Below, one piece after another: positions 46,501-51,678 of a stretch of DNA of 51,678 nt; position 1 is the first letter of the stretch, and every line of letters begins with the position of its first letter. Source of the DNA: a virus (lineage: Duplodnaviria > Caudoviricetes); the IMG/VR virus record IMGVR_UViG_3300021062_000021, positions 1 to 51,678 of that record; one strand, given 5' to 3'. Below the pieces are notes generated by a model. The model had not been told where the DNA came from. It did no database searches and saw only the letters and a program-made list of their open reading frames with translations. Position numbers and translations under genes: made by a program.

Positions 46501-47972
46501 CCAGTAATGTGCTCGATATTAGTACGTCATTTGTCAGCAGTCTGGGTGGGTCCACCACCACTGCTGTTATGGAGTGGGGGGTTACGGCGAACACCGCGCA
46601 GACGGGCATCTGGACGATGAACGTTATCAGCGCTGGGGCAATTGCGGCGCGACTCAAGATTCAGGGCGCACAAGTTCTTGTCAACAGCGGAAGTGTTACC
46701 GCTCCAGGTCTTGGATGGATCTCCGACGGCGAGAGCGGATGGTATCTCATCGGCACCGACAACATTGGGGCGTCGATCAACCAAACGCTGGTGTACGACT
46801 GGAACGCCACGCGACTCAAGTTCGCGGAGAGTTATTACGTCGGGATCGGCACGGACACTCGCAGCTTCACCACCGATCTGTTGGTGATGAAGCACACGAC
46901 GGCGTCCGTCACCACCGGGATGTTGACCGACCTCAACACCGGATACGCCGCATACACCGCGAAGTCGAACGACGGAAACCACATGCAGTTCGGCATCGTG
47001 AACAACGCCTACGTCTCTCCAAGCACTCCCATTACAGCCGGATCAGCAATCTGCGGCCTATCGAACGCCACGCTTCCAGGCGTTGCCCGAGACTTATGGA
47101 TCTACAATGACCTGGCGGGCCCCATCGTCTTCGCCACCAACCAAGTGCCCAGGGCGAGAATCCTGTCCACCGGCTTGTTCGGCATCAACACCGCTAACCC
47201 CAGACGATTCCTCGACGTCCTCGACACGGGCGGCCCGCAGATGCGCTTGACGTACACCGACAACTCTGTCTACTCAGATCATCAAGTCAATAGCAACGGA
47301 AACTACACGATCACACCGACTGGAACCACGGTCTTTATTAACAAGGACGGCGGCTCAACGGTCGGCGGGTTGACTGAGGGCCAGCTTCACCTTCTCGCAA
47401 GCACCACGACAGATGATCTGATCGAAGCCATCACGTTCTCGGCGCACTCCTCAACTGGCGCTGCCAACTACACCCGAGCTCAAGCTGGCATCTATGTCCA
47501 AGGTGGGAACTCATACGGCACGAGGATGTACTTCGGGACATCCAACCTTTTTGCTAACGGCGCGGTAACGCGACTCCAGATCGACCAAAACGGTGGACTC
47601 ATTACCACCCCCGCTGCAAGCGGACATTCGGTATTCAACGAAGATGGCGTAGACGCCGATCTCCGCGTGGAAGGGGACACTAATACCAGCCTTCTTCACG
47701 TCGATGCCTCTGCCGATACGGTGCAGATCAACTCTGCTACAACAGCCGACAGCGCCAAGTTCTACGTCAACGGCAAAATCAGCACGTCTGGAGAGCTTGA
47801 GGTCAATGGAGACTTCAACCATGACGGCTCTAACTTTGCAGTCTTTAACACCGCTGGAGCTGGGCAGGGGGCCCATATCGTAGACGCCGATGGGACGTTG
47901 GCCGACATTACCACCAAATTCAACACCCTCTTGGCCCGGATCGAAGGGTGGGGTTTTAACGCGAACGCATAA
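43536..47972 (+). CDS. Large tail fibre/spike protein with Gly/Pro/Ser low-complexity N-region
   Basis: GSPDGSVSAP...YWD, GTVTGSG..GRVAYWT, FGINTANP, VFNEDG.DADLRVEGD fibre motifs. Confidence 0.8.
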   Translation: MSFTETWGRPGVGILPLQHQDYDAQGWDLAMRASKHAVRIKGRLDTGEGLGEWDYDLPTAGDLTQWLCWPNAQGGRQIPGWAQVWPATTVGGGSGGVQTPGGGGNRPPVPTGDGSRPSVPTGDTSGSIQPPADPSQPYEPMPTGLNGSSASQSVSQSSYYANRAGGGGGGGGGGFIPPAPNVGGAPPGNVAAGPRGSANPNGNYNGRLNVGFGSNPATINGQSIFNSGFAGFSFNGSSSLSSLSGLQGVGTGSAFARFTFGGSSSLSSLTGIQGVGFNSGFARFVDPQPRGLTTAPYQNPNFAPWQNPNNDPRGPNPPGPGPGGAGGGGGAAGAGGDPGLPGDPGSPTPHACGVFNGSHQILPLIGEDMAPDSRYAALSPKSPQGDGIPAFAKGIFGLVVSATNEEKQIEYFFPSWTGQLISVNQAGDPRMGTLVCDLTSGFSVDASRTSPLQSMIRVIKKPLGAENALAWNIDKTGCGDTRGGFVGERPEGGGEEDYAFGLASYSDGGPLCVGSKTDKHRKGLDDDKHVINSLHIKTAALFRLNDVEDGPLRFERPYKIGTEFEQPVAVHLAWTGEDWAWYTTSPLRYVTVTHTITPQLPSLSEPTGYPKVNLTPVSPTSHPSVPSIDPRTLSPGEITSGSVGAAPIQSAVSNMPLTAPAMVAQAQNYRPGQLNTGMFAGNSEAGSAKGAASNPVSAVMSAFGAQGGTPAAGGSAPVAGTGAQGDPWVYTNPPVGQSFGSNAPSNFPSGTSSGGWVIHPPETDLRDAAPHGMVPPNKTLSTTYLITAPNAWFGAGTPELVTGSIRSGYSWGMDSSTGDLLFRSHSFSEPAVNAVRFTNTAQTIQWYATKSFYGELSHSNTGNRTYTFPDRTGPVGLMLTGTGSPDGSVSAPESTMYWDTSGNALYVNNDGATAWTAIAGGGGGTVTGSGAAGRVAYWTSASNISSDAGLTYDAANDSLTITSASAPLQINVSGATGVVGYASTAAASASNVLDISTSFVSSLGGSTTTAVMEWGVTANTAQTGIWTMNVISAGAIAARLKIQGAQVLVNSGSVTAPGLGWISDGESGWYLIGTDNIGASINQTLVYDWNATRLKFAESYYVGIGTDTRSFTTDLLVMKHTTASVTTGMLTDLNTGYAAYTAKSNDGNHMQFGIVNNAYVSPSTPITAGSAICGLSNATLPGVARDLWIYNDLAGPIVFATNQVPRARILSTGLFGINTANPRRFLDVLDTGGPQMRLTYTDNSVYSDHQVNSNGNYTITPTGTTVFINKDGGSTVGGLTEGQLHLLASTTTDDLIEAITFSAHSSTGAANYTRAQAGIYVQGGNSYGTRMYFGTSNLFANGAVTRLQIDQNGGLITTPAASGHSVFNEDGVDADLRVEGDTNTSLLHVDASADTVQINSATTADSAKFYVNGKISTSGELEVNGDFNHDGSNFAVFNTAGAGQGAHIVDADGTLADITTKFNTLLARIEGWGFNANA

Positions 47973-48013
47973 TTGCTCATGTGGAATGTGGATAGTTAAG
48001 GGGGGATGCAGAA

Positions 48014-48244
48014 ATGGGCGAGTCTGACGACAAGCTTACCAAAGTGTCAAACGGGAAGGGAGATATGTTCGATCGCGTAATCAAGGCGATCAAAGAGGTT
48101 GGTGTTCCTACGGTTGCCCTAGCTGCATTCATCGCCTACTTCTGGTTTGTGGGCGTCAAGACGAACGAGCACCTCTCCCAAGGAACAAAGGTCATTGAGC
48201 GGGCTGTTTCGGTACTTGAGCGGCTCGAAAAAAAATTACCGTAG
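48014..48244 (+). CDS. Holin-like single-TM protein
   Basis: IKEVGVPTVALAAFIAYFWFV followed by a coiled coil. Confidence 0.55.
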   Translation: MGESDDKLTKVSNGKGDMFDRVIKAIKEVGVPTVALAAFIAYFWFVGVKTNEHLSQGTKVIERAVSVLERLEKKLP

Positions 48245-48284
48245 TGGTTCAAATTATAAACACTTTTGAGTGAGGGGGGCTCCT

Positions 48285-48479
48285 ATGCGCTGGCTCTGCA
48301 TCGGTTCGCTAGTCTTCATCCTGTGTGGATGCTCTTGGTTTGAGAAGCAGAACATTGACATCTGCGTGGACTACAAGGGCCGACATGTTTGCGTAGGCCG
48401 CAAGGATGGGGTGTGGGTGTTCTCGGCGGATCTCAATAAGAGCGAACAAGATGAGATCATTGCGAGTCTGGGCCAGTAG
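48285..48479 (+). CDS. Small lipoprotein (spanin-like)
   Basis: MRWLCIGSLVFILCGC lipobox. Confidence 0.6.
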   Translation: MRWLCIGSLVFILCGCSWFEKQNIDICVDYKGRHVCVGRKDGVWVFSADLNKSEQDEIIASLGQ

Positions 48480-48654
48480 CTTCCTGATCTTCCTATTTGG
48501 GTGTACTCTTGCACCATCTGAAGAGGACCGCCGGCGGCTGGACGACCTTAACCTACAGCTACGGCAGATGAATGTGAAGCTGGAGGAGTACAAGGACCGT
48601 ATCGACCGGCTGAACCGGGCGCTGGAGGCGTTGACGAAGATTCAATCACGTTAA
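48451..48654 (+). CDS. Coiled-coil lipoprotein (spanin-like)
   Basis: MRSLRVWASSFLIFLFGC lipobox and heptad repeats. Confidence 0.6.
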   Translation: MRSLRVWASSFLIFLFGCTLAPSEEDRRRLDDLNLQLRQMNVKLEEYKDRIDRLNRALEALTKIQSR

Positions 48655-48676
48655 CCTGTATGAACGCCCCTCATTG

Positions 48677-48702
48677 ACGGCCCCCTGTCGGGGCCGTTTT
48701 GT
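48677..48702 (+). terminator. Intrinsic terminator at the convergence of late and early arms
   Basis: GACGGCCCC-CTGTC-GGGGCCGTT-TT. Confidence 0.65.
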
Positions 48703-48723
48703 TATTGGCGCTGTCAGCTTGCG

Positions 48724-49308
48724 CTACCGAATTGGATTTATCATTGGTTCGCCAGAGCCGTGGAATTCGCCAGTAGATCCAGGTGTCCAGTAGTCAGCGA
48801 GTTCCCCTCCATACATAAGAGCGTAATTGAAGTGTAGATGTGGTCGCTTTTGTCCTCCGCTATTCCCCATGCGGCCTATCACCGTGTTCGGGGTCACCAA
48901 CTGTCCTTGCGAAACCTCAAAAGAGTCCAAATGGCAATAGATTGTATGGATCTTCATATCCTTGGCGCGGATGACGATCACATTACCCGACGAAATGTTT
49001 GGGTAGAGAAATGCCTGCCCACTGTGGGCAGCAAATACCCGCGTGCCCTTTGCGTTTTCAATGTCAAGGCCGCGGTGAAAGTTGGAGCCTCCTGGGTGGT
49101 ACTTCAGCGTTCCATCTTCGTCATACCAATGGCCGGCGTGGTCCACCGATTTGGTCCCATAGAAGTCCTGAGTAATCTTGCCAGTAGTCGGCCAGTAGAA
49201 TCCATCTAGGTCCGAGACTTCTACGTGTGTGTCTCCGTAATTGGTGGGTTTGTCTTCGCACCCAGAGCAACCGGCCAATAGGATCAGTAGTGGTGCCAAT
49301 CGAATCAT
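48724..49308 (-). CDS. M23 family peptidase lipoprotein
   Basis: LLAGC lipobox, FHRGLDI (HxxxD), YCHL, PHLHF (HxH). Confidence 0.9.
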   Translation of the reverse strand: MIRLAPLLILLAGCSGCEDKPTNYGDTHVEVSDLDGFYWPTTGKITQDFYGTKSVDHAGHWYDEDGTLKYHPGGSNFHRGLDIENAKGTRVFAAHSGQAFLYPNISSGNVIVIRAKDMKIHTIYCHLDSFEVSQGQLVTPNTVIGRMGNSGGQKRPHLHFNYALMYGGELADYWTPGSTGEFHGSGEPMINPIR

Positions 49309-49371
49309 TGATCTAGCTGAGAATGTCATAGGAACCCCAGATCCACAAGGGCGATCGCTGTTCTGCGTTTG

Positions 49372-49569
49372 CTATCGTGGGAATCTACTGTCACACCAGA
49401 GGCATTTCTTGCCAAGGACCCCTTCGTGGGGATCACCCGGAATGTTGGAGTTCACTTCAAAGACTACCAGAGCGAACTTTGAGCACTTAGGGCACTGTTC
49501 GCTTGAAGAAAACCTGATATCCAATTCCCGACGTGGATTCTTGGTCGGGTCTAGTTCATCGTTTATCAT
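49372..49569 (-). CDS. Zn-finger small protein
   Basis: CPKC, CLWC. Confidence 0.55.
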   Translation of the reverse strand: MINDELDPTKNPRRELDIRFSSSEQCPKCSKFALVVFEVNSNIPGDPHEGVLGKKCLWCDSRFPR

Positions 49570-49572
49570 TGT

Positions 49573-49797
49573 TCACTTGCTCGTGTTCTGTTTAATATAT
49601 CTCAGCTCCCGAAGTAGTATATTCCCTATCCTACAAATTGCTGCCAGCGGCGAAGTACCATCAGGAACATCCCAGCAGATTGCGCATCGATACGGCATAT
49701 CCGTATCCACGGGTCTAGAGATATTGCCCTCAAAGCCGCATCTATAACACGGCCCGACAGTCATTTGCTTGTCACCGGCAACCCATTCTTTGGCCAT
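49573..49797 (-). CDS. Zn-finger small protein
   Basis: GGAGGT RBS; CYRC, CAIC. Confidence 0.6.
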   Translation of the reverse strand: MAKEWVAGDKQMTVGPCYRCGFEGNISRPVDTDMPYRCAICWDVPDGTSPLAAICRIGNILLRELRYIKQNTSK

Positions 49798-50058
49798 TTT
49801 CTACCTCCGGTTTAACCCTATAACCACAGGCAGGCGATTGTCAAAGCAATCTTCTGACTCGTTTCCTGTTGTTTACAGAGCCGTGATGGGCCTCGCATTC
49901 GTCCACCGCCGACTCGTTATTCAGCGAACCTCTCTTCGCACTTCCAGCAGAAACCCAGCTTGGCCTCCATCGGCTCATGGCATCCAGGGCAATGCCGCCG
50001 CGCCAACTCGCCGCACAGGACGCAGATCGGCTGCCAAGAGTCTTGAATAAACTGGTGC

Positions 50059-50241
50059 TTACACATTCGGCTTGTCCTTAATCTCGGTTTCCTGAATACC
50101 GGCGCCGTTCGTAGCGCCATGAACGATGACCGTACCCCGCCGGAAGTGGCCCTCGCCGTGACATGTAGGGCACGGATCGAAGTGGCACGGACAGCAGCAT
50201 TCTTTTTCGCCAACACACTTGCCCTCACAGTAGCCGCACAT
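50059..50241 (-). CDS. Cys-rich CxxCxGxG small protein
   Basis: CGYC, CCCPC, CPTCHGEG. Confidence 0.55.
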   Translation of the reverse strand: MCGYCEGKCVGEKECCCPCHFDPCPTCHGEGHFRRGTVIVHGATNGAGIQETEIKDKPNV

Positions 50242-50460
50242 ACACGTTCCTCGGATAGTTACCTGTACTCTTTCCCCGGCTCCATCTCAAAGCCGTCGAC
50301 CATCTTCCAGTCGCGGTAGAGGTCTAGGCCAAGGGCGTGGCCGTCGTCGTCGAAGTAGAACACAAGCGTCCCGCCGCTGACGATCTCTCCCTTGTCGTTC
50401 CGCTCAACGTGGCCGCGCATCACGATCATCGCGATTCCCTTGAAGTATGGCTGTCAAAAG

Positions 50461-50567
50461 GACTACCGGAGGGATTCGAACCCTCAAGGCCCTTGGGGTG
50501 TGCCAGCGGCATAACCTCAGGCCCAGGACACGCTGACCCTGCGTTTGCCAATTCCGCCACGGTAGTC
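50461..50567 (-). ncRNA. tRNA-like RNA with expanded, non-canonical anticodon arm (107 nt)
   Basis: GACTACCG/CGGTAGTC acceptor, Leu-type D arm GCG-GAATTGGCAAA-CGC, T arm GAGGG-TTCGAAT-CCCTC. Confidence 0.8.
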
Positions 50568-50684
50568 TTACTTTCTCCCGCGTCTACGGTCGCAGCATCG
50601 CCCGTAGACGTTCTTCTTGCTGCTCGACCGCCGGAGCCTCCGGCCACACCACCCACACTTGGAATACTTCATCGTTGTTCTCAT

Positions 50685-51185
50685 CTACGCTAGACGTAAC
50701 TGCGAACGCCACTCGTTCCAGGCGTTCGTGATGGCCCCCGTCCCCGGGAACATATCCACCAGTTCGTCATCCGGCTGAGCTCCAACCATCTCGAACGCCC
50801 ACCGCGCCACAGCCCACGGCTTCGCCCCGGTCAGTCCCTTCTTGAGCGTGATCGACTCCGCGATCCAGTCCCGCATGACGCAGCGATGGGTAACGACGGG
50901 CTTCCGGCAAGCCTTGACGATGACCGGCTCCCAGGCGTAGGCCACGCTCACGTTGCGCTTGAAGGCTGCAAACGGCTTCACCCACGCCATGACCCGTACA
51001 CCCTTCGGAAAGAGCGGCAGAACGGCAGCTAGGGCCGTACTCGACGTATGGAGGACGTACCCGTCATACTCCCTCTCAAGCCGCTCTGCCATCTGGCGGT
51101 GATCGACCTCCCCGCCGTAGTCGGGATGGTCCTTGTACAGCTTCGCGCAGCCGGGGTAGGGCGGGTCAGCGTAGGCGATTTTCAT
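50685..51185 (-). CDS. Compact DNA amino-methyltransferase-like protein
   Basis: AYADPPY, WVK, AWEPVI, KP, VDMFPGTGA. Confidence 0.8.
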   Translation of the reverse strand: MKIAYADPPYPGCAKLYKDHPDYGGEVDHRQMAERLEREYDGYVLHTSSTALAAVLPLFPKGVRVMAWVKPFAAFKRNVSVAYAWEPVIVKACRKPVVTHRCVMRDWIAESITLKKGLTGAKPWAVARWAFEMVGAQPDDELVDMFPGTGAITNAWNEWRSQLRLA

Positions 51186-51308
51186 TAGTCGAACTCCATC
51201 GCCACGAGCCACGACCAGAAGAACTCCCGGCGCTCCCCCCTGGCTCGCTTGTAGAGCGGGAGAATGTCGGTCCACCACTCCAGCATTTCGCGCTTGTTCA
51301 TGGTCACG

Positions 51309-51551
51309 TTAACCTCCCCTGTAAAAGCAGCAACAATGGTGGGAACAGCAGTGCCGGATTGCATGGCAGCACTTACACTCAGTTCCCCGGTGCAGATCGT
51401 CCATACACTTCTCGGTGTTTTGGTAGGCTTCAATGGCATCTGCCAACCCAAGAGAGACAGACGCCGGGTTCTTCCTAAGCTGATAGGCCGCACGGTGGAA
51501 GACGTCTAGAAGTAACTCCACCTGCTGCCTCGTGTAAGTTTCGTCGCTCAT
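51309..51551 (-). CDS. Hypothetical protein with Cys/His-rich C-terminus (MSDETYTRQQ)
   Basis: ATG at 51551; CKCCH..HCCSHHCCC. Confidence 0.55.
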   Translation of the reverse strand: MSDETYTRQQVELLLDVFHRAAYQLRKNPASVSLGLADAIEAYQNTEKCMDDLHRGTECKCCHAIRHCCSHHCCCFYRGG

Positions 51552-51552
51552 C

Positions 51553-51678
51553 GTTTGCCTATAGAGAATTAGTCGATTCGACGTCCAGGGGCCTCGTTCG
51601 CTGGCGGCAGACTCATCTTGTGGGGTGCCGCCATGAGCAACTCGAACCAGCCCCATAGGACGCTTATGGGAACAGCCA
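51553..51678. repeat. Terminal direct repeat, right copy
   Basis: Identical to 15-140. Confidence 0.95.

Noticed and set aside
43536-47972. Diversity-generating retroelement or invertible fibre cassette
   Set aside because: No RT, no TR/VR repeat pair and no invertase or flanking inverted sites noticed
1-51678. CRISPR array or rRNA
   Set aside because: No regularly spaced repeats or rRNA-like sequence were seen

Overview
The window looks like an essentially complete, circularly permuted tailed-phage genome of about 51.5 kb. Positions 15-140 are repeated exactly at 51553-51678. The minus-strand early arm (48724-end, continuing through 1-10640) is packed with small hypothetical and Zn-finger genes. 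It also carries two DNA methyltransferases, RusA, a stand-alone Clp-N domain protein, an M23 lipoprotein, tRNA-Arg(UCU) and two tRNA-like RNAs. The divergent control region (10650-13950) holds an XerC/D-like recombinase with a dif/lox-like palindrome, an HNH gene, about 420 nt of highly base-paired non-coding sequence and an orphan glycosyltransferase. The plus-strand late arm has terminase, a Mu-like head module (portal, gpF, protease/scaffold, capsid, gp36-like, gpG) and an atypical tail and lysis module. The most striking items are: (1) a ~9.6-kb, 14-gene cytoplasmic glycan-building operon with its own promoter, inserted between portal and gpF and followed by a tandem double-GroES gene, which suggests elaborate virion glycosylation; (2) several unexplained structured RNAs; (3) no recognisable replication protein. 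All protein calls come from motif recognition by eye and no searches were run.
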